Shown here in pieces: positions 16,695 through 25,793 of a DNA stretch of 29,091 bases. Source of the DNA: a virus. Its lineage: Duplodnaviria > Caudoviricetes. Under the pieces are notes generated by a model. The model ran no database searches, was not told where the DNA came from, and saw only the letters and a program-made list of their open reading frames with translations. The translations under genes were made by a program, and so were the position numbers. Where the stretch lies: positions 1 through 29,091 of IMG/VR virus record IMGVR_UViG_3300030372_001012, one strand, 5' to 3'. Within the stretch, counting starts at the first letter, position 1. Each line of letters starts with the position of its first letter.

Positions 16695-17657
16695 ATGAAC
16701 AATTTATTAAACAATATACAAGGATGGGTGCATAGTGGCTATGCAGGTAATCATCTTATGGCTAATGAAACCGATTTAGGTGGAATGGCGGGTGAAGCGG
16801 CTCAGGTCGCAGGTGCGGCAGCTACATTGCAATTCAACAAAGCAGGTGTTTTTCCATCGTTAATTACACTTGGATTTGCACCACAGGGTTCAGCTAAAGT
16901 TGAATTTCCTGAGTGGGTAAAATTAGGTGTTGGCTCTGTAACAAATGCAGCAGTTGGTGCAGATGGTGACACAGTAGCTAATACAGAGTTCACATCAACA
17001 AGTCATACAATACCAGTAGAAAGAAACTCTATTGTGTTGTCTGTTAGTGATATGACAGTACATACATCATCAGGTGGTAACGCTATGGCTACATTTGGTG
17101 AGATTGCAGGAAATGCAGTTGCAGCAGAGTTTGACAATGAGTGTTGCAACCTATTAGACAACCTAGACAATTCAGTTGGTTCTGCTACTACATCATTGGC
17201 TTTTTCAACAATGATGCAGGGTGTAGCTTTATGTGAAGCTAACGATGCAATGCGACCATACGCAATGGTTGTGCATCCACAACAGTACTATGGAACATTT
17301 GGAATAACATCAGAAATTGGTGCTTTGGCTACTGAGCAATCAGTAGGAGCATTGAGTGGTGGAATGGTAGGCGACCAAATTAGAAGTGCAGGATTCGCTT
17401 CTGTACTTGGTGGCGTTTCAATCTACACATCACCACAGGTTGTTGATGGTGCAGATTCTAATGACAAAAAAGGTGGACTTTTTGCTAAGTCTGCTTTAGC
17501 AGCAGCAGTTAAAGATACTGGTGGCGGTAGTTTTATTAATGTAGAACTAGAAAGAAATGCCCCTGCATCTTCAACTTATGTCGTTGCAAATGGCTACTTT
17601 AGCGTTGCTGAATTAGTTGGTGAGCACGGATGCGTTATTCAAAGTGAAATAGCATAA
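16695..17657 (+). CDS. Major capsid protein (HK97 fold)
   Basis: 320 aa after the scaffold; VVHPQQY and GGVSIYTSPQV patterns; strong RBS; downstream hairpin. Confidence 0.88.
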   Translation: MNNLLNNIQGWVHSGYAGNHLMANETDLGGMAGEAAQVAGAAATLQFNKAGVFPSLITLGFAPQGSAKVEFPEWVKLGVGSVTNAAVGADGDTVANTEFTSTSHTIPVERNSIVLSVSDMTVHTSSGGNAMATFGEIAGNAVAAEFDNECCNLLDNLDNSVGSATTSLAFSTMMQGVALCEANDAMRPYAMVVHPQQYYGTFGITSEIGALATEQSVGALSGGMVGDQIRSAGFASVLGGVSIYTSPQVVDGADSNDKKGGLFAKSALAAAVKDTGGGSFINVELERNAPASSTYVVANGYFSVAELVGEHGCVIQSEIA

Positions 17658-17670
17658 GTAAAGTGATAAT

Positions 17671-17700
17671 GATTATGGGGTGTGAAAGCACCCCATAGTT
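17671..17700 (+). terminator. 13-bp hairpin with GAAA tetraloop after the capsid gene (attenuator or mRNA stabiliser)
   Basis: GATTATGGGGTGT-GAAA-GCACCCCATAGTT; no long U-tract. Confidence 0.6.
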
Positions 17701-17711
17701 ACAAGGAAACT

Positions 17712-17996
17712 ATGACACATATTATAAACAAAAAGAAACAATCATTCTCCGAGAAAAAGAATATAGGTGGGCACAAACTTGGTGGAGTAGATTTAAATCC
17801 AAATGACGACTTATTACTTTCTGCTGAAGGTGAGAAAGGGCAAGAAGCATATTACAAGGGCAAGAAGATGGATTATATGGATTATTACTCTGAATTAGAT
17901 GATAGAATACAAAAGAAGAAAAGAGGAAAGTCTATAACAAATTTAGGAGTATTTTCAGGAGTAAGTTTTGATGACAATGGTAATATAATTAAATAG
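17712..17996 (+). CDS. Hypothetical protein
   Basis: Start moved to ATG 17712 after AAGGA. Confidence 0.65.
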   Translation: MTHIINKKKQSFSEKKNIGGHKLGGVDLNPNDDLLLSAEGEKGQEAYYKGKKMDYMDYYSELDDRIQKKKRGKSITNLGVFSGVSFDDNGNIIK

Positions 17997-18004
17997 AGGT
18001 AACA

Positions 18005-18190
18005 ATGGCTAAAAAAGAAAAGAAAACAGAAAAACCAAAAGCTAAACCTAAGTCTATATCTAAAGATACTAAATATAAGATAACAAAGAAAAATGGTAAA
18101 ATTATGTACAGAGTAGGTTTAAGTGAATCTGAAATTAAAAGAACAACAGAATATCACGGAAATACAATAGAAATTATGGAGGGTGAATAA
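18005..18190 (+). CDS. Small Lys-rich hypothetical protein
   Basis: RBS GAGGT; TAATG overlap with the next gene. Confidence 0.65.
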   Translation: MAKKEKKTEKPKAKPKSISKDTKYKITKKNGKIMYRVGLSESEIKRTTEYHGNTIEIMEGE

Positions 18191-18693
18191 TGGGCAATAG
18201 TTTAAGTAATTACACAATTATAAGAGTCACACCTACATTAAGCACAGATGCTTATGCAGATGGAGATGTGTTGTTTACCGCTACAGAAATACCTAATGCT
18301 GTATTGGGTGACAGGGGTTGTTCCAAGTTGGTGAATTGCTTTGTTTTAGACCAAGCTAGACAAAGCTTTAGCTGTGATTTTGTTTTTACTGAAGAAAACA
18401 CAGCTTTGGGGACAATAAATGCAACAGCGGATATATCAGATGCTAATATGGAAGCCATTGGATTGTGCGGAGCATTAAGACACGAAAGTACTGTAGCTGC
18501 GTTAGGTGGTATTGACGGAGTTAGAATCAACAAACCATCTTCTTTGTCAGGCGTTGGAGAATCTACTGACCCTATGCTAATCCAAGCAAAGGCAGGAAGT
18601 ACGAGTGTGTTTGTTTCAGGTGTTATAACATCAGGGACTCCTACTTTCGCAGCAGATGACCTTGATATAATATTGCATATACAGTACAAGTAA
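18190..18693 (+). CDS. Putative virion structural/decoration protein
   Basis: Beta-rich 167 aa in the head region. Confidence 0.5.
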   Translation: MGNSLSNYTIIRVTPTLSTDAYADGDVLFTATEIPNAVLGDRGCSKLVNCFVLDQARQSFSCDFVFTEENTALGTINATADISDANMEAIGLCGALRHESTVAALGGIDGVRINKPSSLSGVGESTDPMLIQAKAGSTSVFVSGVITSGTPTFAADDLDIILHIQYK

Positions 18694-19095
18694 ATGCCTA
18701 GATTCGGCAAAAAGTCCAAAGAAAGATTAGCTACTTGCGATGCAAGACTACAAAAGGTATTTAATGAAGTTATCAAATTCGTGGATTGCTCAATACTCGA
18801 AGGGTACAGAGAAAAAGAAAGACAAAACCAATTATTTGACGAAGGCAAAACAAAAGTTATATACCCTAATGGTCGTCACAATAGTAATCCTAGTAGGGCT
18901 GTTGATGTTACACCTTATCCAGTAAATTGGAAAGACAGAGAAAGGCAGACATTGTTTGCAGGTTTTGTATTGGGTGTCGCTAATCAAATGGGAATTAAAC
19001 TCAGATGGGGTGGTGACTGGGATATGGACTTCGAGGTTATGGATAACAGGTTTGATGACTTTCCTCACTTTGAGTTGGATAAAAGCGAGAAGTAG
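18694..19095 (+). CDS. Endolysin, M15-family (L-Ala-D-Glu type) peptidase
   Basis: EGYR...RQ..LF, RH...AVD, WGGDW, DFPHFEL zinc-peptidase motifs. Confidence 0.9.
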   Translation: MPRFGKKSKERLATCDARLQKVFNEVIKFVDCSILEGYREKERQNQLFDEGKTKVIYPNGRHNSNPSRAVDVTPYPVNWKDRERQTLFAGFVLGVANQMGIKLRWGGDWDMDFEVMDNRFDDFPHFELDKSEK

Positions 19096-20315
19096 TGCTA
19101 GATGCACCTAATCCTCGTAAATTAGTATGTCCAAATTGTTATCATATAGGGCTCTCTAAACAGGGATTTAACGAAAAAGGTGTGCAACGATATGGTTGCA
19201 AAAGTTGTAGGCAGAAAACAATATTTCCAATACACGATGCAGATTTAGATGTAATAAGAGAAAATGTAAGGCTTTCAAAACAGAAGCAGAAAGCACAAGA
19301 CAGAAACAGAATATTCAACAAGTCATTTAGGGAACACGCTAGGATAGAAAATGCGGTTGAAGAATATAGTAAAGAATTAGTAACGCTTTTTGAAAATAAT
19401 CAGCTTAATAAGACCACTAATAGTTTTAAAGTAAATAGGGATGCAGTAGGCGTAATACAATTCTCAGATTTACACTTCAACGAACTCGTAAGTTTAGAGA
19501 ATAATAGGTATGACTTTAGTGTTGCATCAGCTAGAACAAGATTCTTTGTAAATAGGGCTAAAAGGTACTTTAAAACAGCAAATGTGAGTAATGTGGTGAT
19601 GGCTTTAACTGGTGACCTAATGAATAGTGATAGAAGATTGGATGAACTCTTAAATCAGGCAACAAACAGAGCACAAGCAACATTCTTAGGTGTAGATATA
19701 TTGCAACAAGCTATATTAGACTTGAATAAAGATTTCAATGTGACAGTTGCATCTATAGTTGGGAATGAGGGCAGAGCAAACAAGGAAATGGGTTGGAGTG
19801 ATATTATTGCTACAGACAATTACGATTATACAATATTCCAATGCCTTAGATTCTTATTTAGAGAAAGTGAGGTTGAGTTTGTGTTAGGTGACCCATCAGA
19901 ACTTGTTGTGAATGTTGCAGGTCAGAATCTACTGTTAATGCACGGACACGGTTCATTTAGAGGTAAGCTAGATACCGCAGTTAATCAGATAGCAGGTAGA
20001 TACTCACTAAAAGGAATAAAGATTGATTATGTTATCTTCGGGCACGTACATAGTGCGAGAGTTGGAGATAATTTTGGGCGTTCTAGTTCTATGGTTGGGG
20101 CGAATGATTATAGCGAAAAGGCTCTCAATCTCAACGGAAGGGCTAGTCAGAATTGCTACATATTTTATAGCAATGGGAATAGAGATGGGGTTAAAGTAGA
20201 TTTGCAAAATGTAGATTGCGAAGGATATAATATCGATAAATCACTTGCAGCATATAATGCTAAATCGCATAAAAAAAGAAGTACAAAAAGAACAATATTT
20301 GAGGTAGTAATATAG
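19095..20315 (+). CDS. Calcineurin-like metallophosphoesterase with N-terminal Zn ribbon
   Basis: CPNC...QRYGCKSC; FSDLH, GDLM, GNEG, HGH and GHVH motifs. Confidence 0.85.
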   Translation: MLDAPNPRKLVCPNCYHIGLSKQGFNEKGVQRYGCKSCRQKTIFPIHDADLDVIRENVRLSKQKQKAQDRNRIFNKSFREHARIENAVEEYSKELVTLFENNQLNKTTNSFKVNRDAVGVIQFSDLHFNELVSLENNRYDFSVASARTRFFVNRAKRYFKTANVSNVVMALTGDLMNSDRRLDELLNQATNRAQATFLGVDILQQAILDLNKDFNVTVASIVGNEGRANKEMGWSDIIATDNYDYTIFQCLRFLFRESEVEFVLGDPSELVVNVAGQNLLLMHGHGSFRGKLDTAVNQIAGRYSLKGIKIDYVIFGHVHSARVGDNFGRSSSMVGANDYSEKALNLNGRASQNCYIFYSNGNRDGVKVDLQNVDCEGYNIDKSLAAYNAKSHKKRSTKRTIFEVVI

Positions 20316-20612
20316 ATGGATATAATAGCGATACTAGAACAGTTTGGAGTACCAGTAGGAATGTGTATAGCGTTTGGGTATTTCATATTTAAACAAAATA
20401 AATGGATTCAAGACGATTTAAAGCGTGATTTAGATGATGCGAATGAAAGATTTGAAAAGATAGTGATTGGGTTAATCAATTCACAGAAACAGATGCAACT
20501 AGATATTAAAGACTCTAAAGCAAGTTATAGAGCAATAGTTGAGATACTGGCTTCTCTTAGTGGTAATGGACTCAAGGAGAAGTTTTTAAACAAAAGACAA
20601 GATAATTATTAA
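20316..20612 (+). CDS. Holin-like membrane protein
   Basis: N-terminal TM helix (FGVPVGMCIAFGYFIF) plus coiled-coil; in the lysis cassette. Confidence 0.6.
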   Translation: MDIIAILEQFGVPVGMCIAFGYFIFKQNKWIQDDLKRDLDDANERFEKIVIGLINSQKQMQLDIKDSKASYRAIVEILASLSGNGLKEKFLNKRQDNY

Positions 20613-20623
20613 AAGGAGATAAT

Positions 20624-20920
20624 ATGTTAGATACATTATTAGGAACTTTAGGTAGTAATTCAGGATTATTAGTAGGTGGCGGCTCATCAGCCATTGTTTT
20701 ATGGGTATTAAAGAAGATACCTAACGATAGTATTATTAGCGTTGTCGAAACAGCGTTTGAAAGTGTTGGTAGAGTGTGTACTCTAAATCTTAGCAAGTGG
20801 AAAGCAACGAAAAAGGTATGGAACTCTACCATCGAGCCATACTTCGTTGATTTAATTGATAATGTTTTCGGAAGTGCCGTTCGTGGACTTATCAAGGGAT
20901 TAAAGAGTGATAACAGCTAA
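20624..20920 (+). CDS. Hypothetical membrane-associated protein (lysis cassette)
   Basis: RBS AAGGAG; hydrophobic N-terminus. Confidence 0.55.
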   Translation: MLDTLLGTLGSNSGLLVGGGSSAIVLWVLKKIPNDSIISVVETAFESVGRVCTLNLSKWKATKKVWNSTIEPYFVDLIDNVFGSAVRGLIKGLKSDNS

Positions 20921-21086
20921 GATTATACAGAAAGTATTGCCTTTCATACTCAAAGAGATGTGGAGGGCAATTACTCCTGAATTAGCCCCATTGCGTAAGT
21001 ATGTCAATGAGCCTAATGAATTAGATAGAGAAGTAAAAGCATTAAGAAAGAAAGTAGCAAGATTAGAGAAAAGGTTGGATGGCTAA
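20907..21086 (+). CDS. Small coiled-coil protein (59 aa, ...KYVNEPNELDREVKALRKK...), not in the ORF track
   Basis: GTG start overlapping the upstream ORF; fills the gap and overlaps the next ATG. Confidence 0.55.
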   Translation: MITAKIIQKVLPFILKEMWRAITPELAPLRKYVNEPNELDREVKALRKKVARLEKRLDG

Positions 21087-21930
21087 AATACTACAATTAG
21101 ATAACGAACTTACATCAGACAGGAAGCCTATTAAGGTGGGTGGTAAATCTACTGGACTATTAGTGTCAGATGCTAATGTATATGTGGAAAATCAGCCAAC
21201 AGAGGACAATCATGTAGCAACCAAGAAGTATGTTGATGATAACGCAGGTGGTGGTAGCGTTGCACTTAATGATTTGACAGATGTTGCATATTCTAGTGGA
21301 GATTTAACAATATCTAGCTTAGATAAAGTTGTTGCAGATGATTTTGTAGTAGATAGCGGTGCAAGTATCACATTGGATTCTCATAATGGTAACTTTGTAG
21401 CAAGTAAAGCAGGGACAGAGTTTAGCGTTGCAAATAGTGCTTATGCAGGTATGATATTAGGTTATACAAGGATTCAAAACAATAATACTGGTAACAGTCA
21501 TGCTTTAATTACAATGGATGCTACTCTAACTGTATTACAAACAGTATCAGGGACTGATGTGTCGGTGACTTTTACTGCACCACCATCAGGAAATGTGGAG
21601 ATTCAAATGTTAGCATCCCTGTACGCATCATCTAAAACAATAGAACTTGCACTTTCTGATAGTTCTAGTTTTAGCGAGATAGATGAAACGCACACTTACG
21701 ATGCAGGTGCTCAAAGTTCAGATGAAACAGATGTTAATATGACTTCTATTTCATTTGCATTAACTGGATTAACAGCAGGGCAATCATATACTTACTATAT
21801 TGGAGGTGCTGAAACATCTTCAGGGACAGCATATTTTAGACATGGAAGATTTAGAACGACTGGTACGCACTATCCACCAATCATAGTTAAGGCAATCGCA
21901 TTGCCCTCAACCATCACAACAGGAGAGTAA
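21079..21930 (+). CDS. Fibre/collar-like virion protein
   Basis: PTEDNHVATKKYVDD and ALNDLTDV fibre motifs; Ser/Thr/Gly-rich. Confidence 0.6.
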   Translation: MAKILQLDNELTSDRKPIKVGGKSTGLLVSDANVYVENQPTEDNHVATKKYVDDNAGGGSVALNDLTDVAYSSGDLTISSLDKVVADDFVVDSGASITLDSHNGNFVASKAGTEFSVANSAYAGMILGYTRIQNNNTGNSHALITMDATLTVLQTVSGTDVSVTFTAPPSGNVEIQMLASLYASSKTIELALSDSSSFSEIDETHTYDAGAQSSDETDVNMTSISFALTGLTAGQSYTYYIGGAETSSGTAYFRHGRFRTTGTHYPPIIVKAIALPSTITTGE

Positions 21931-22712
21931 TGAGTTTATCAGGAAAAACATTAGCAAATACTTATAAAGACATATTACAAATAGACAATTCTAATAATGG
22001 CGTTCAAGCGGCATCTAAGAAGATAAAAGATGGTCAAGGCACAGAATCGTCATTGTCAATAGGTCAAAGGGCTACAAATGTTCAGCCTACAGTAAATACA
22101 ACATCTACATTTAAAGTAGAAGATGTAAGCGGTACGGATTTACTTGTAGTTGATTCAACGAATAGCAAGGTTTCTGCTCTTGGAAATTATATAAATACTC
22201 AATATGCTTATTTTGGTATAGGAAGGGCAAATGCTTTTGTTGATGATACACATCATGCTTTACCATTTGGGAATCAATATAGTTCATCTGATGCTTCGTA
22301 CCCACCTGCATTTGGTACTGGAACAGACCCTGCAACCACATTTACTACTTCTGAAGGTAATGGAACTAGAGCAAGTGACATAGTATCTTGCCTATGGTAT
22401 GTAACAGATGCAATATCAATAGATGCGGTTACAGGTATAGAGGGTGCAGATACAGCGACTGGAGATACTACTCGTATGCACTTATTTAGCTATGACTTTA
22501 CAAGTGGGGCAACAGCTTGTTTAACTAATGGAACTCTATTAGCACACAACAGCGATGTCACTAACGCAGGAAGTGAACAGCCATATCTATCTAGTTTTAC
22601 AGTAGATAGTGCATCAGTATCAGCAGGAAAAGTAATTTTAGCATTTTTCAAGTCAGATAGTATTAATTCTGACTACACATTAAACATTAAAGTAAAATAT
22701 CATTTGACGTAA
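21930..22712 (+). CDS. Virion structural / fibre-like protein
   Basis: S/T/G-rich beta protein in a run of structural genes. Confidence 0.55.
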   Translation: MSLSGKTLANTYKDILQIDNSNNGVQAASKKIKDGQGTESSLSIGQRATNVQPTVNTTSTFKVEDVSGTDLLVVDSTNSKVSALGNYINTQYAYFGIGRANAFVDDTHHALPFGNQYSSSDASYPPAFGTGTDPATTFTTSEGNGTRASDIVSCLWYVTDAISIDAVTGIEGADTATGDTTRMHLFSYDFTSGATACLTNGTLLAHNSDVTNAGSEQPYLSSFTVDSASVSAGKVILAFFKSDSINSDYTLNIKVKYHLT

Positions 22713-22723
22713 AGGAGTAAGAA

Positions 22724-24238
22724 ATGGCTTACAGAAGTGCAGTACGAAATACAACAGCAAGTGTAGGAAGTAGAGGAAGGACAAGTTTCACGAATCCTGT
22801 TGACAAGAAAACAAAATCAGTTAAGTATAGTGAAACAGATAATACTCTACTTTTAGATGTTACAGAAACTGATAGTGAAACAGCTTCTACATCATCACAA
22901 ATACAAGCTGTAAAGGTCAGAAATGATGGATATGTCCCTGCAAATGCTTTGTTTGCTTTTACTAAATACACAAGCGAATCAGACACTTCAGAAGCGGTTG
23001 AATATTTACAATTCTTGTTAAATCCTAGAGAGGAGATAACTTTACCTGCGACAAGAGCAATTATATCTACGCTAAATAGAGCATACGATGGTACTGCAAA
23101 AGATAGCCAAGCACCTGACTCGAATATGTATATAGCGGTTGATACCGTACCTGCTTCAGATGCACAATTACTTGCAGAAGCGTTAGATGGTACAGAAACA
23201 GGAGTAGATGTAGATGATGGTGACTTCTTTAGGGTTGGCGACTTGATTAGAGTAGAGAATGAAATTATGGAAGTAACTGGAATTTCGACTAACACTTTAA
23301 CAGTAATAAGAGGTACTCATGGTTCAGCGGCAGCATCACACTCAGACGATACTGCTATTAGATACCCATTCTTCAATGCTTACCACAATTTTGACAAATA
23401 CTCAGTATCGCAAACAGATGCTTTTGGTAGATTTAAAGCACATAACTTTTTTGGATATGGAAGGTCTGCATCAGGTGCGGCAGGTGTAACCGCAGGTAGT
23501 GTTGCGATACAATTCTACGAAGCAGGGTATCAAGGTATTGGTCTTGCAGATATTACATCAAATACAGAGTCAGGGCTTACAGCATCTACAGAATACGAGT
23601 TTGATATAACAGTAGATGGAGGAACAACATTTGATAATCTTTCATTTACGGTAGATTCATCAAACACAAAGTTTGGTGGCTCTAATGGAATTATTTCTAA
23701 AATACAAGCTGCACTAGACACTCAATATTACACAGCAGGAAACTTGTTTGAAAAGAAAGTTCATGTTGGGATTGAAGGTGGTGACTTAGTGTTTAGAAGC
23801 GGTTCGCATCTATCAACCTCAGCAATAGCACTAGGTGCAGGAAGTAGTGGAACAGCAGAGTTCTTTGGAACTGGTAGAATACCATCAGCACCTGCGGCAG
23901 CGACAGCAGTAGCGGCTAGATTATCAACAGAATCTACTTTTGACCCAGTAACAAATAGGTCTACATATAAAGAGATATTTATAAGAGATGATGGTAGAGG
24001 AAACTTAATTTGGAAAAATCAAGATTATGTAGGCACGATTAATTACGAAACTGGTGCGGTTGATTTTAGTATACCTGAAAAGCCAAACGCTGAATTTGTT
24101 GTAAGCCTTACATACTCAAGTCCGTTTAGTGGTAAGCAGAACTCATCGGATGCAGATAGAGCAAACTCATTAAAGCAAGTGCTTGGTAACACACCACAGC
24201 AGAAATGTGAAGCAGTTTTAACAATAGAAACATTTTAA
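22724..24238 (+). CDS. Virion structural protein (504 aa)
   Basis: Contains an EIMEVTGIS.NTLTVIRG..GS.AASH module and a DDGRGNL...VGTINYETG motif seen in phage structural proteins. Confidence 0.55.
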   Translation: MAYRSAVRNTTASVGSRGRTSFTNPVDKKTKSVKYSETDNTLLLDVTETDSETASTSSQIQAVKVRNDGYVPANALFAFTKYTSESDTSEAVEYLQFLLNPREEITLPATRAIISTLNRAYDGTAKDSQAPDSNMYIAVDTVPASDAQLLAEALDGTETGVDVDDGDFFRVGDLIRVENEIMEVTGISTNTLTVIRGTHGSAAASHSDDTAIRYPFFNAYHNFDKYSVSQTDAFGRFKAHNFFGYGRSASGAAGVTAGSVAIQFYEAGYQGIGLADITSNTESGLTASTEYEFDITVDGGTTFDNLSFTVDSSNTKFGGSNGIISKIQAALDTQYYTAGNLFEKKVHVGIEGGDLVFRSGSHLSTSAIALGAGSSGTAEFFGTGRIPSAPAAATAVAARLSTESTFDPVTNRSTYKEIFIRDDGRGNLIWKNQDYVGTINYETGAVDFSIPEKPNAEFVVSLTYSSPFSGKQNSSDADRANSLKQVLGNTPQQKCEAVLTIETF

Positions 24239-24248
24239 GGAGATAAAT

Positions 24249-24347
24249 ATGCCTAAAGGAAAAGGAACTTATGGTAGTAAATTAGGGCGACCTAAAACTA
24301 AATTTAAAACAAGAATTAGAGCGACAAAACCTAGAAAAAGGAAATAA
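24249..24347 (+). CDS. Tiny basic protein (32 aa, MPKGKGTYGSKLGRPKTKFKTRIRATKPRKRK), not in the ORF track
   Basis: RBS AAGGAG; MPKGKGTYG...GRP motif. Confidence 0.75.
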   Translation: MPKGKGTYGSKLGRPKTKFKTRIRATKPRKRK

Positions 24348-24350
24348 TAA

Positions 24351-25340
24351 ATGGCTACAGATTTTAAATATGCAAGTCAGTCTGATTTAAAAATGTATTA
24401 TCCTAATTTTTCAGACTATGATACTAAAAGGCAGATATTTAATTGGGCTACTACAGACACATCAAACCAATATCAAGCGTTTGACACAGGTAATATTGAC
24501 CAGTTATACTTTGATGGTATAGAAGGTACATCTGTTGGAGATTCTCCAAATGCTAATTATGAATACAACTATTCATCTAGTACAGATTCTGTGCAAGTAT
24601 TTATATCTACTGCAAATCCAAACGACATGGTTATAGAAGCAGGGACAGACAACGCTACATACTTTGACCAAATGTTAGTAAATGCTTCGATGGAGTTAAA
24701 CAATTTGCTAGATGGTAGATATGCTACCCCATTGCCTAAAGTTACCCAAATAGACCAAAATACAGCGTCAAATAGCCAATCTAAAGAGTATGATGCAATA
24801 ATAATCAAAATGACTTGCTATATCTGTGTTGCTAATATATTAAGGCAGAGTGAAAGGTTTGAAGAAGCTGATTATTATTATGGTCTTGTAACCAATGCAG
24901 ATAGAACTGGTATGGTTGATAGACTTAACGCAGGTGAGTTTAAGTTGTCTTATGAGGTAGATGCAAAAGATAGAGTCGGTAAAATTAACAATAAAAGCGT
25001 TTCAGGTAGTATGGATATAGTAGAAACAGCAGGTGAGTATGTAGGTGAGAAATATGACCTATTGAAGATAGAATGTACTGTTACAGGTGCGTATGGTGTA
25101 GGTAAAGTAAAAGTTCATTATTACGGAAGCGACAAGATATGGGGTAGTGAATCATCAGAAGAATTTGTAACTGGTGGGTTGCAACAATTATCAGGTCTAG
25201 GTGGACTGCTTGTAAGATTTCAGGGAGCAAGTATATCAGATGGTGATACTTGGGAAATAGAAGTAGCAAGTGCAGATAGAAAGATTACCAACGCATCCTC
25301 TAACGCAATAGAATTAACTAGACAAGGATATAGCTACTAA
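24351..25340 (+). CDS. Head-tail adaptor-like protein with extra domains
   Basis: YASQSDL...ASMELNNLLDGRYATPL adaptor-type motifs; precedes the tail genes. Confidence 0.55.
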   Translation: MATDFKYASQSDLKMYYPNFSDYDTKRQIFNWATTDTSNQYQAFDTGNIDQLYFDGIEGTSVGDSPNANYEYNYSSSTDSVQVFISTANPNDMVIEAGTDNATYFDQMLVNASMELNNLLDGRYATPLPKVTQIDQNTASNSQSKEYDAIIIKMTCYICVANILRQSERFEEADYYYGLVTNADRTGMVDRLNAGEFKLSYEVDAKDRVGKINNKSVSGSMDIVETAGEYVGEKYDLLKIECTVTGAYGVGKVKVHYYGSDKIWGSESSEEFVTGGLQQLSGLGGLLVRFQGASISDGDTWEIEVASADRKITNASSNAIELTRQGYSY

Positions 25341-25780
25341 TGGCTGTGACATTTGACGAAATATCGTACAAGTATATAGAAAAAGGATTAAAGACAATCA
25401 TCAATGATGAGTTTAAGAATGTATATGTGTCGCCTGTATTTACTATGCGAGGAAATGAATGTATCAGAATTGCTGTGGAATCAAGTGATAATGAGCAGAC
25501 TACTAACGCTTTTGAACGCAGAGTTTTTAATGTAATAGTAAGATATTATCAGAAAGCGGATTTGCGTAGTGAAAAAGTTTATGAGAATGTAAGAAGAAAA
25601 GCAGATAGATTGCGTAAGCATATTATAGACAACCAAACAGCTAACACTACATCTGCAAAATGGGTAGCGTTAGATATAGACACAATTAATTTCAATGTAA
25701 CAGACGAAGAAAATGAAGAACTTGATAATCTAAACATAACGGAGTTTTTATTATCAATAACACATCACAATCCGTTATAA
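25340..25780 (+). CDS. Tail terminator / tail completion protein
   Basis: 146 aa immediately upstream of the tail tube gene. Confidence 0.55.
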   Translation: MAVTFDEISYKYIEKGLKTIINDEFKNVYVSPVFTMRGNECIRIAVESSDNEQTTNAFERRVFNVIVRYYQKADLRSEKVYENVRRKADRLRKHIIDNQTANTTSAKWVALDIDTINFNVTDEENEELDNLNITEFLLSITHHNPL

Positions 25781-25793
25781 GGAGTAAGTAAAA

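Noticed and set aside
5704-18925. Nested + strand alternative-frame ORFs (5704-5895, 10148-10330, 18740-18925)
   Set aside because: Short, fully inside real genes, with no motifs or clear RBS.
19095-19220. IS1 transposase remnant
   Set aside because: Only the Zn ribbon resembles InsA; it is fused in frame to a phosphoesterase, with no inverted repeats or DDE domain.
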